From: Octopus vulgaris
Taxonomy: Eukaryota
NCBI GenBank assembly: GCA_951406725.2
Contig: OX597816.1
Location: 104,098,001-104,162,000 of the forward strand
Reading direction: 5' to 3'
DNA length: 64,000 nt
A model generated the notes under the pieces. That model was not told the origin of the DNA. It did no database searches and saw only the letters and a list, made by a program, of their open reading frames with translations. Positions 40,389-52,749 of this stretch are shown piece by piece; position 1 is the stretch's first letter; each line of letters starts with the position of its first letter. The translations under genes were made by a program, and so were the position numbers.

Positions 40389-40435
40389 CATATATATATA
40401 TATATCTACATATATATATATATATCTACATACAT

Positions 40436-40485
<50 letters not shown>

Positions 40486-43304
40486 CTGCAAATGTATGTA
40501 TATGGACATACACACATACAATTACACGCATTCATTCATAGATATACGCGCGTTGTTACACACATATGCCACTAATATTGAATCTCTGCCCGAGTGCATA
40601 ACATTGCTGCAATGTGCTAATTTCGTTTCACTTTTTCCATCGACTAATTGGATGATTAATCGATTTTATTGAGTCAATAAATGAGTGGACGAGAAATTTA
40701 GCACACTGGAATAGAGTTTGTTAATGACTTTGTAGGTCTTCACAACCTGACAGAACAAGTCACATTTCAGGTAGAACATATTATATCGCCAGAAAAGCAT
40801 GGCTGACACTAAAGAGTAGGCTATTGTCGATGCTGCTTATTAGCCCCAGATTAACCGTATCCAATGACAGCGCCAGGCCAGAACAAACCCGGACATTGCA
40901 CAGGCTTGCAAAATTTAATCTTAATGAAAAGTTGTACACATCCTATTCATTTTGTTAGTGATTTTACGTTTTTAGGAGTCAACGCTTTTTCCAGTGCATT
41001 TCTATGGTAAATCTCTGTAGTTTTTCACTGCAGTGTATTTATTCGCATCAGTTTATTAAGCAGGAATCATATGATAACTACCACACATAATATTTCCAAC
41101 AAATGTGTATTTCTTTCCTGTTCTTTTAATTAAGTTTTTCTATATTCCTGCATTCACAGGTTTCCATATGTAGGATTAGTCAGTTTTCAATTGCAAGCGC
41201 AGAATATTAACTTTACTACGACCCAGAATACTAGTTTCTCATTTCTGTCTTTGTAGTAATTCCTCTGTAGTGAGCCCATGTCGTGTACTTTGTCGTTTAT
41301 TAGCATGTAAGTTCCTCACCTCATTTATTCATCGTTTAAGGGGTGTAAGCTACAGCCTCCCGTACCTCCGATTTAGCCAAAGGCTGATCTTTATGCAATA
41401 AATTCCGGTGAAAATCTTTGATCAAGAACTAAATGTTGACATTAGTTTTCAGGCAGAAGTAGTTTTACGACATATGATATTTATTTAGAGCTGCAGTTCA
41501 AATTGTATCAGCATTAGATATTTAGCTTTATTGCTAAGCAATTTGCTCCATGATCCTTGGATTTTACGGGCAATTTGAAAACTGCGAACAAAAAGCAGCT
41601 CCTCCCTGAAATTTTGCTCGTATTTCTCGCCATACCACGTTCTTCTGACTATTTTTATTGTATCCTCGGAACATTGAAGAGTTATCTATGCGATACTAAA
41701 GGCTTAAGTTCGTTGTAATCGTTTGGCTCTGATTTACACTGATTAGGTATACCCATAAGAAGTTTTGCTTAAAGATATTGCCAAAATTATTAGAATATTC
41801 GGCTTTAGAATGACTAGAAGATCTCGTCTTCACAGAGTTTCTTCTTAAATACATTCAAATTTCTTCAGTAATGTATTAAGTGATGTGTGAGTATCAAAAT
41901 TCTCAGCAAATATTTTCTTTAAGCGAGTAAACATTTTTGCAATATTTCTCATGTTTCAGCATTAGCCATTTAAGGTTTATTGCTTTATTAATTAGTTTAA
42001 ACAATTTTCTCCATGATCCTTGGATTTTACAGGCAATTTGAAAACATACCGAGCAAAAAGCTTATTCTTTGGCTCTATATAAGAAAGCAAAATTAATTTT
42101 AAATTACAACAAATTGCATTGATTTTAAATTTTATTAAAAATATGGGTTCTTAATAGGTACAGGGCGGAAGTTGTTGCCTTTTTAATTATAAATTCTCGT
42201 ATCGTATGCGTTAGACAACTTTGTGCTTTAGACCAGTCATCTTAGCTGGGATACAAAACGAGGTTATGAGTGAAATGTTTGGCATAGATGAATGGTATTA
42301 TTCCACCCACCCTCCCTGTAGTCAACCACTTGTTTGTTTTCTTCTCTTGTTTCTTCTCTTGTTTCTTCTACTTTTCAACTTTCCTAAAGCATAATTAAAC
42401 TAAGACTAGAATGAAAAATTTCAAAATGTCGGTAAATGAATGTATTTTTTTGCACAAAGCCGGTATAAATCACTAAGGGATAAGTAAAACAGGGGAGGAG
42501 TGAGGGGTATATGAGATTAAACGACGTTTATACTTTTATTTGTGGCTATTAGTAGTGCTGAGGTAAGAAAATCTACGCGACTCGGAATGATGAAAATATG
42601 AAATTATATTGATATTTTTAATTTGTCAGTCCACACACACACACACACACACACACTTTACACTCGTACACACACTTTCATATGTACACAGAAAATAAGG
42701 CAGAAAACTAGAACTAAATGTAAATATTAAAAGAGAAAAACAATATGGATAAAAAAATTTTATACAGAATTTCAAAATATCTGTTGAGATAAATTCAAGG
42801 AAAAAACTTGAAATTGATATTCTATTTTTTAATCAAAATGTTCAACTGACATTTGAAGATAAATTTGTTTCAGTATTTACAAGGTTTTACGTAGATTTGT
42901 ATATTTAAACATCACCATCAGCAACATATTGGAAGGTGCCCTAATATATTTGATAGGTGTCCAGGATGTGTTGTGTAATATATATATTATATATTATATA
43001 TTTATTATATATATTATATATTTTTAGTCAGATTTTACAGATCTACTTGTATAGGAAACTTGTTGGCTGCAACCGTAATATGAAATGATCTTTTCGAGAA
43101 AAATTACTCGTAATATCTTTAATAAAATATTATTTCCTCGATAATTATCGATATTGATGAATTGACAGAAACATTTTGGAATTGAATTAAACGAGTTTGT
43201 GGTATTAAGAAACGTCTTTGTTCCCTGATATCCAAAATCACAGGATGACTACAGCTGGAATGTATTTGGTCCTTGTTCAGTTCTGGTGGAGTTTTGGTGG
43301 AGAG

Positions 43305-43915
43305 TAACTAGTCGATTACATCAACTCCAATGCTAAATTGGTACTTATTTTATCGACTCCGAAAGGATGAAAAAGAAAGTCGACATATAAAGCTGCTAAG
43401 CATTTTGTCCGGCGTGCTAACAATTCTGCCAGCTCGCCACCTATGGCATTTACTCAGTAATCCTCTCTATTGGAAGCACATGGCCTTACATTTGGGGTAA
43501 GGGATTAAGTCGAATACATCGACCTCAGTAATTAACTAGTACTTAATTCATCGATCCCGAAAGGATGAAAGGCAAAGTCGACCTCGGTAGAATTTGAGCT
43601 CAGCACGTAGCGACAGACGAAATATCACCAAGTATTTCGTCCAGCGGGCTAAAGATTCTGCCAGCTCGCCGCCGAACATACACTTAATAATAATACTAAA
43701 TATTAAGGCGGTGAGCTGGCAGAAACGTTAGCGCGCTGGGCGAAATGCTTAGCAGTATTTCGTCTGCCGTTACGTTCTGAGTTCGAATTCCGCCGAGGTT
43801 GACTTTGCCTTTCATCCTTTCGGGGTCGATAAAATAAGTACCAGTGAAACACGGGTCGATGTGATCGAATAGTCCCCTCCCCACAAATTTGAGGCCTTCT
43901 GCCTAAAGTAGAAAG
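43305..43915. mobile_element. Cluster of three SINE family 1 copies (43305-43442 -, 43490-43673 -, 43706-43915 +)
   Basis: Head and core motifs; the last two copies are head-to-head ~33 bp apart. Confidence 0.85.
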
Positions 43916-44649
43916 CAATAATACCAAACATGTCCGGAGTTACCTTAAGTATTTACAAAAACCTTCTCTATAATATTACTCAATGTCAAATAAATCCTTT
44001 CTCACTGCATAATTTTATAACCTTTTCTAATTATAACATTTTAAATTTTCACAGCATTAACTAACTTAACTTAATGATCCAGTACATCTAACTTCAATTG
44101 GTACTGTCTATAACAAAGTTTATCTGGATGGAGGATAGTTGAATAAATAAGAAGTTCACTTCGTAATCACGATGTCAAGAGTTCTATCCCACTGTATCTT
44201 GTGAGTCAAAATGAACAGATGGAAGTCCATAGAGTAAATTGCATCTGTAATTCTGGAAAAGGTACAGCTGTGACGCACGTTGATTCTTTCAAGATAACGT
44301 TAATCGTACGTTAATTCAGTGGCTGAAAAACCAAGTCCTCGTCGTCGGAAGCCGCTAGAGATCCATTAATTTTACCGAAATAAGCAGCATGAATTATCAT
44401 TTTTCGATGAGTGTTTCATTAGCTAGCAGCAAAGGATTTAAAATCCTGACATGGAAGGGGATAGGTTCCATTGCGCTGATTTCGAGTAGATACGTTGCTA
44501 CACGAGGAAGATTTCAAATGTTTCAAATTAATCGCGGGACGGTTGATTAGCCCAGATCCTCTCTGATCCTAATAGACCTATGACCTAAGGTTTTCCAGTC
44601 ATAACAATTCCCCGCTGTGTTTTACAACACTATTTTCTTTCTTAACGCG

Positions 44650-44830
44650 TGAACAGATTGGTGTTAAGGTGATTGGTAAAGCCTCAATGAATTTGCTTCA
44701 TTCTTTTGGCCCTGTAGTGAGATATGTTAGCACTATTTTGTCGTGCTATGCCAAAAACATCCAATCACTGCTGGCCGCGGAAGGATACACGTGACCCAGC
44801 GGTGAAGCGCGTGTTTTGAAAGGCAATAAT
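44650..44830. promoter_or_regulatory. Candidate regulatory cluster (CCAAT boxes, ERSE-like site, E-box)
   Basis: ATTGG at ~44657 and ~44673, CCAAT-N9-CCGCG at 44761-44779, CACGTG at 44788-44793; locally CpG-rich. Confidence 0.3.
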
Positions 44831-45559
44831 CAGTTCCTCAGAAGATATCGAGATGTAAGCACATTAGTTGTTCGTCCAGACGACAAAACGTTGCTAAATT
44901 AACGCCGATACAACTATGAGATTTTTCACCTCGCCTCACAACTACTACAAAACTCATTAGATTATTTAGATATGCAGCCAAGTACCGAATCTATTGAGGT
45001 TTATTACGAAATTAACCCTTGTCTCGCTATACCCTGTTGCCTTGAACACTTACCTCTGATGTGCCATCTACTTTATGTGTAAATAAGGAATAAGTTGTGA
45101 TGTTCATTCACATAAAAACAAAGAAAAAACATTGTCTTCTGATATTTATCTTTACATCCTTGTTAACATTTGTAACAAGAGATAAATTAAGAGTTGGGCT
45201 TTACCAGTTTAGGAAGTATATTTAGATGTGTGCACGTAAGGTTTGAAATGTATAAATGCACGTTTTACATAGAGGTAACGCCAAATATCAGAGGGTATGT
45301 TTTTGGTTAACCAACACAATTTATTTACCCTCACAACAGAGAGGGTGTAGGAAGCATGAATTAATTCCTTAATACACATCAAGGTAGGCGGCTCTGGTAC
45401 TTGGTTGCAAATCTAAAATATCCTATTAGTTTTGAAGTGGTAGTGAGCCGAGGTAGAAATCCCATAGCGTGTCGAGATAGACGAGCTACAAGCTCGTCGA
45501 TAGTTTAGTGTCTACATTTGAATGAAATAAAGCAAAGCAACGATGAAAGGGAACCAGGT

Positions 45560-45860
45560 ATTAAGGTCCCGACATTTAGACCAGCGGCTGAATAAAACGC
45601 TCTCGAAAAGTGCGCGTTGTCATGTATATTCCTCCGACGCTAGCTTTTAAAGAGCGACGGAACACGGCACCAGTGTGCTGCTACGCTGGAACGAAGTAAT
45701 TCGACTGCACTGCTATGCTACACACTTATATCTGGAACCTTCTTACATACACACAATCCTAGCCAATGTAGTATCGTCTTTCTAATCCTCTAATCCGACT
45801 GAGAGAGGAAGGGCGAGGGAGGGAGAGAAGAAATTATCTTGACCCCACTCAATCAGCAAT
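45560..45860 (-). promoter_or_regulatory. Candidate minus-strand promoter (CCAAT, HSE-like, TATA-like) with CpG-rich leader
   Basis: Minus GAAGGTTCCAGATATAAG (45725-45742), CCAAT at 45763, GA-rich tract, 15-aa ORF at 45576-45623. Confidence 0.35.
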
Positions 45861-46002
45861 GACCTTCACCTACTTGATAGTTCTTTTGTACCGATGTAAG
45901 CAAATTTTGCTTACACACTATACGACAAATAAGGTCCCATATAATAATCTACATTAGAGCACTAATAACAGGCTTTGAATCTAGTCGGCTTAACTTCGAA
46001 TA

Positions 46003-46401
46003 TTCTTTTCTACTCTAGACGAAAGGCCCGAAATTTTTGGGTATGAGGCCAGTTCAATAGATCGACCACAGTACGCATCTGGTACTTAATTTATCGACCC
46101 CGAAAAGATGAAAGGCAAAGTCGACCTCGGCGGAATTTAAACTCAGAACGTAAAGACAGACGAAATACCTGTTTCTTTACTATCCACAAGGGGCTAAACA
46201 CAGAGAGTACAAACAAGGACAGTCAAACGGATTAAGTCGATTATATCGACCCCAGTGCGTAACTGGTACTTATTTAATCGACACCGAAAGGATGAAAGGC
46301 AAAGTCGACCTCGGCGGAATTTGAACTCAGAACGAAGCGGCAGACGAAATACCGCCAAGCATTTCGCTCGGCGTGCTAACGTTTCTGCCAGCTCGCCGCC
46401 T
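46003..46401 (-). mobile_element. Dimeric SINE family 1
   Basis: Two cores plus head GGCGGCGAGCTGGCAGAAACG. Confidence 0.9.
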
Positions 46402-46461
46402 TTTAACTTCGAGTATTATGCCCACACATCTCTACTAATATGCACGTGTCTGTCTGTCTGT

Positions 46462-46534
<73 letters not shown>

Positions 46535-46538
46535 TCTG

Positions 46539-46593
<55 letters not shown>

Positions 46594-47288
46594 GCTTATC
46601 TGTCTGTCCGCCTGCCCATCTACCGATCCACCTTTTTCTGTCGTTCTCTCTCCAAACTTGCTACTCCTCACTTTCTATCTATTTTATTTGCAGGCAACTT
46701 CCAGGCACAACTGTTACCAATTGAAAGCTCCACATACAAGACAATAAGTGGCTTAGGTGGTCACCAGGATAGAATGTGCACTGACTCAGGTTCTTCCTCT
46801 CGAAAATTATAATGCAGCTGCCTTCCTCACTGAGATGAAGTCCTTTCTAGATCAACTGGCTTCAAGGATTCATTAAATATCCTTGGACCTGTTGCTCATA
46901 ATCTCTTTTGAACCGAGTCCAGTGGTTTGCCTACTCCATTGTAGTTTATATATTGCTCATAACGACACCAGCGACCGCCTCACACCACTACGAATGGAGC
47001 CTTTATACACACACACATACACATTGTACGTATGTATGTATGTATGTATGTATGTATGTATGTATGTATGTATGTATGTATGTATGTATGCATGTATGTA
47101 TATATGCATGTATGTATGTTTGTATTCTTTTCGACAGTTTAACAATCCTGCCCACCTACTGCCACTCCCCAATAAAGATGAAGAAATCACTACTGGATGA
47201 AGTAATACAAGGATGATTGTAATAGAAGACAGTTTGTAGCCGATATAGAGATTGTTGTTTACTATGCAAGGACAGTTTAAGTGTCAAT

Positions 47289-47545
47289 GTGGTTAGGGCA
47301 GCGGACTCGCGGTCGAAGGATCGCAGTTTCGATTCCCACTAAAAGCTTCACGAGGCTCTGGCAGAGGGTGGTGGTGACCCCTGTTGTACTCTTTCGCCGC
47401 AACTTTCCCTCGCTCTCTCTTCCTGTTTCTTGAGTAAAGCTGCAATGGACTGGCGCTCCGTCCAGCTGGGGGGAATACATACGCCATAGAAACCGGGAAA
47501 CCGAGCCCATGAGCCTGGCTAGGCTTGAAAAGGGCGACGTTTATC
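47289..47545 (+). mobile_element. SINE family 3 (V-domain-like)
   Basis: tRNA-like GTGGTTAG..GTTTCGATTCCC head and GCAATGGACTGGCG..CCGTCCAG motif; relatives at 49052-49265 and 54993-55240. Confidence 0.7.
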
Positions 47546-47624
47546 GTTTTATGTATGTATGTATTCATGTACGTTTATGATATGTGTACACACACACACA
47601 CACACGCCGCACACACACATACAC

Positions 47625-47917
47625 ACATAGGGTAGAAAGACTCCGATTCGGTCATCGGATTGCAGGTAGAAAGTTACTGTCACATGTCCAGGCAAGGTTG
47701 TCGTCCATGTATACCAGCCTCCCCTCTCCCTGCCACCGATGTTATCCAAGGGAAAGGCAAAGGCTGATACAACAGTGACGTCGCAGCTCATTTCTGCAGC
47801 TGAGTGAACCGGAACGACATGAAATAAAATGTCTTGCTCAAGAGCACAACACCCGGTCTGGGAATGGAACTCACTATCTCATGATTGTTAACCCGACGCT
47901 CTAGGCACTAAGCCATA
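47625..47917 (-). mobile_element. SINE family 4 (CORE-like)
   Basis: Minus ATGGCTTAGTG...GAGTTC.ATTCCC...CTTGAGCAAGACA..TTATTTCA. Confidence 0.7.
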
Positions 47918-48164
47918 TGTGTGTGTGTGTGCGCGCGTGTGTGTGCGCGCGTGTGTGTGTGAGTTAGTGTCCTCGCTCGCCCTACAGCCAGCTGGAGACG
48001 TTGTTTCCTGGGGGTAAATAACAGTAACATTCATCCTAACCAGGACTTCCACATTATGTTGGCAAGTAATCTTTACTCTAGAATGCTGTTACTGAATGTC
48101 TGTCGTTGAGAGATTTAGAAATGATTATTTTTATATAAATATATTATTTTCTTCTTTTCTTCTT

Positions 48165-48360
48165 TTCTGTGCTTTAGTCATTTGACTGCGGCCATGCTGG
48201 AGGACCGCCTTTAGTCGAGCAAATCGACCTCAGGACTTATTCTTTGTAAGAATAGTACTTATTCTATCGGGGTCTTCTGCCGAACCGCTAGGCTACGGGA
48301 ACGTAAACACACCAGCATCGGTTGTCAAGGGATGTTGGGGGGGAAGGAAGGAACTCAAAC

Positions 48361-48459
<99 letters not shown>

Positions 48460-48623
48460 TATATGTTAAGGACGTCTTTCGGTTTCCGTCTACCAAAACC
48501 ACTCACAAGGCCTTGATCGGCCCGAGGCTATAGTAGAAGACATTTGCCCAAGGTGCCACGCAGTGGGACTGAACCCTGGAACCATGTAGTTGGTAAGCAA
48601 GCGACCTACCACACAACCACTGC
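48165..48623 (-). mobile_element. Full-length SINE family 2
   Basis: Co-linear with 39985-40388; internal (AC)n. Confidence 0.9.
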
Positions 48624-48786
48624 TGCACCTACACACACACACACACACACATTTAGTAGAGTTACAAGTATTATTTGTTAAGCAGTTTGATTCGGCCCAA
48701 TGCGATTTAAAGCTTTCTAGGATTCTAGGATTCTTACGGAACCTAGCTCTTCGGGTGCAGTTAGCCGAATTTATGTAACAAATACA

Positions 48787-48820
<34 letters not shown>

Positions 48821-48945
48821 CAAACACACACACATAAATTAAGAGGAATTAATCTTCGGATTTTTAAATATGCTAAGCCACTGGTTTTAATTGATTAACA
48901 TCAACTTCTACCCTTATTATTTATATATATATATCTATGTATGTA

Positions 48946-48977
<32 letters not shown>

Positions 48978-50313
48978 CACACACAAACACACTCAAACAC
49001 ACTCATACGTACTATCTATCTATCTATCTATCTATATATATATATATATTGTGGTGACGCGTGGCTTAGTGGTTAGAATTGGTCGGAAGATTGTAGTTTC
49101 GGTTCCTGGACCTGTTCTTGAGCAAAACACTTCATTTCACGTTGCTGCACTCAACTGGCCAAAATGAATAATCCAGAAATGGACCAGCGTCCCATCCAGG
49201 TGGGGAATATATGCGCCACAGAAACCAGAAAACTGACACTATGAGTATATATGACTGGAGAAGGAGACCTGCTTACCAACATCTGTAATAGTTATTCGCA
49301 AAACCGAGTAATCCCAGAGTAAACATTTACACCCACAGTTATACTCATAACCGTTTGCCTGTCTATATGGACGCATACATATATACTCTCACACACATGT
49401 GCTGACACATACATGTATTTATATGTACGTGTTGCTTATGTGTGTTCTTATGCATATACAGTTGTGTGTGTGTGTGTATCTGTGTGTATATCACTATAAA
49501 AATGCAGTGACTCATTCCTCACTAAAATGATCAATGCTGTCTAATGTTATCTCCCTTAAATACAGAAACGCAAATTTTATAAGTTAGCTCCCTTGTCCCG
49601 TATTTCACATATTTTCGTCTAATTTCAGTTTCAATTGAAATATTTGTAATATTAAAACAATCAATAATTTAACGTTAGAAATAATTACGTTTGTCAGCAC
49701 GCAATATAAGTTTATCCCAGTTCGTGTACATAGCAAGAAATACGATTGAGCTGTGTACTGTATGAATATATTAATCGAATGTGTCGCATTGATGTCGATC
49801 TCCCCCTCTTGATTAGTCACTCGAGCCTTCGATTAGCTATAAACATTGACATTTAAACTGTCCTTGCATAGTAAACAACAAGCTCTATGTCGGCTACAAA
49901 CTGTCTTCTATTACAACCAGCCTTTTATCACTTCATCCAGTAGTGATTTCTTCATCTTTATTAGGGAGGGGCATTAGGTGGGCAGGATTGTTAAACTGTC
50001 GGAAAGAATACATCGTTATTTAGTTATGGCCCTTTATGCTCTGCATTCAGATCTTACTGATGTCAAGTTTGCCTTTAATCCTTGCGGGGTTGATGCAATA
50101 TAGCTCCAGTCAAGTGCAAGGGCTAGATTTAATTTTATAGAGTATTCTAGAAAACTAAGGCTAAAATCAATCTTTTAAATTTATTGCAGGTCGTTAAAAA
50201 GGACACCATCGGTAAGAGTTGGTTACGCACCACCAGCGCATAAAAATTTCCTCTACATATTGCAGGATTGAAAAGATTTTGAAAATTTATTTATTTGTTT
50301 CTTTATAGAATAC

Positions 50314-50556
50314 CATCAGTTATCCATGCAGTAAGTATCACTTTTCCCAGCCATTGGTGTTACCCAGCACGAAGGTGGATATTGCTTGGTACCATTGTCG
50401 TCGCAGGTAAACTGAGGACATAATGAGTCGGAACAAACGTCGCAATATATTTTTTCCAACGCATTTACAATCACCTGGACGTGTATTATATTATATCGAC
50501 CTCGGAAGATCATTATCATTGCTACTGAGCTAGAAATTACATCCTCAATAGAGTAC
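50314..50556 (-). pseudogene. Decayed DSL-domain (Delta/Serrate-like) exon
   Basis: 243 nt between CAG and GT, translating as ...IYCDVCSDSLCPQFTCDDNGTKQYPPSCW...DTYC. This matches the DSL pattern YY-G-x2-C-x3-C..(F/Y)TC-x3-G-x3-C-x2-GW..C, with deviations one base from consensus, and ends in TGA. Confidence 0.5.
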
Positions 50557-52749
50557 CTGATTTAATTGTTATACTGTGTTATTAATTATGTCCAGTTTAT
50601 ATTCTAAGTTCATATCCTGCCGGTTTTGTAGATGCGAATTTGCCTTTGGCTTAGCATTCAGAACCTTTGATTTATTACAATAAAAAGTTTACAATCTCCC
50701 AAGGAAAATCTGCTAGCTACCCAGGCTCGTCGCCAGACTTTGGTGCCTGGGGGAGCTTCAGAATGTCTTGGGTGGGCGCTAATTTGTAACTATAAAGGCA
50801 TCACTGTAAATTTGAGGATATGCCACTGAATAGTGAGGGAGCAACGTTCTCCAGTACACCCCATTATCGATGGGCATATATTTACCCTATGTGTGCCTTT
50901 TCACGCTCTCTGCACTCCTGTTTTTCGAAAACAAGTTGATATTTTGTCAATTATACCATTTGAATTTCAAACCTGACAACACACCTAGCTACCCCTTACA
51001 TAACCCTGATTCAACCCACTGCTCTATTCGGTTGCCTAACCTGCTAGAAATGATGGCCAAATTTCCCTAATAAGGAAGGACACAATGGTTAATGTAGCCC
51101 TTGATATATATAATAAAAGTTAAAATGGACTGGCGTGGGACAACTCAACCACAAAATAGAAAGGGTGTTAAGTTAGTGCTGAGATAAAACTCCTTAAAAT
51201 TATTAACTATGTTCTGTAGAGTTCAAACTTTGCACTGTTCATTTTTATCTTATTTCTCACCGAAATCAATAAAAATAAGTACATGCTCTATCGATTTCAT
51301 CGACTATACTAGCTCTTTACAAACAGCTAGCCTACTGGTGATAATGCAAGAAATAATGATCGATTTTTTTCCCCCACATGTGCATATAACCTTGTCCTAA
51401 TCTAAGAAATCATTATTTGTTTCTAACATTGTGCACAGTCGATGAAAATAATTGAGCCAAAAGATAACTGGTACTTCATTTTATTGACCAGAAAATATAC
51501 AAAAGTGTAGTACTGGTTACTGAAGTCTGTAAACAAATTTAAGTGATAAAACTTATTACCTTATCAAAAATTGTTGTGTACACCATAAGTGGTACTACAG
51601 TCCCGTTGCTTTCATAAAATGCATATTGTTTTATTAATGTAGAACTAAAAAGATATTTAAAGTTCAGAATCTTGCTATATTCACAAATATAGTTTTAAAG
51701 TATTTAAAAGTATAATTCAATAAGCTAGCGTAGCAGAATTCACTTACACTTTTAAAGCATGTATAGTTTTTTTTGTGTGTTGTGTAACTAGGAAATACAT
51801 AACAGAAAGCCGTGGCCGTTGAACTGTGTGTGGTTTCTGAGATTTATAAACCTCTCACAAGTTTCACTTGTTTCATATTATAATTCAGCATGTAATAAGA
51901 TGTCCATATGCAATGACATTCATTCTGCGCCTATGTGCATGTGCATACACACACATGTATTCATACATAGATGTATGCATATATTTGTACATGCATACAG
52001 GCGTACTCGCATACATTCACACATGGAAATATACGTATACATGTATATATACTCCAAAAAGCCGCTCGATGCCGCCGGTCAAGGACGTGCATCTTTAGTT
52101 CCTGACCTTTCTTGATACATGGACTGAGGAGTACATACACACATGCATACATACACACATACACACATACATACATACGTACACACTTACGTACGTACAT
52201 ACATACATACATACATAGATACATACATACGCGCGCGAGCAACAGTATTTGGGGATGGTCATATTTTTTGCCAATTAACCACACGCACTATATACTTGGA
52301 ATTCACTTCAGCCTTTATTATTATTATTATTATTATTATAACTACTACTACTATTAATATTATTAATATCGTTGTTGTTGTTGTTGTTCATCTTCTTACC
52401 TCCTTTGTATGAAATCTTTCGTCGCACATACTGTGACCTCTGCAGCGACTCTCCATCCCAAGTGTCCTCCTGTGTATATAGTGCTTCTATATAATCGGCA
52501 AAAAATAATAATAATAATGACCACTTCGAAATATAACAAATATTTATTTCAACACACGATTTCTCATCAGGAATTTCGAAAAAGAAATACATGAACTTGT
52601 GTGTTTTTATATGTACACCCCCCCCCCACACATATATATATATAAGATTTTCTAAAAATCACTTGATACAGTCACAATAATTAAAGAAATATGCTTTTAA
52701 AAACTTATTAACTATTAATTTTTTTTATATTTAACAAACTGTCACCAAC

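Noticed and set aside
50190-50406. Plus-strand micro-exon-like AG/GT segments
   Set aside because: Implied introns are implausibly short, and the minus-strand DSL-like reading explains the region better.
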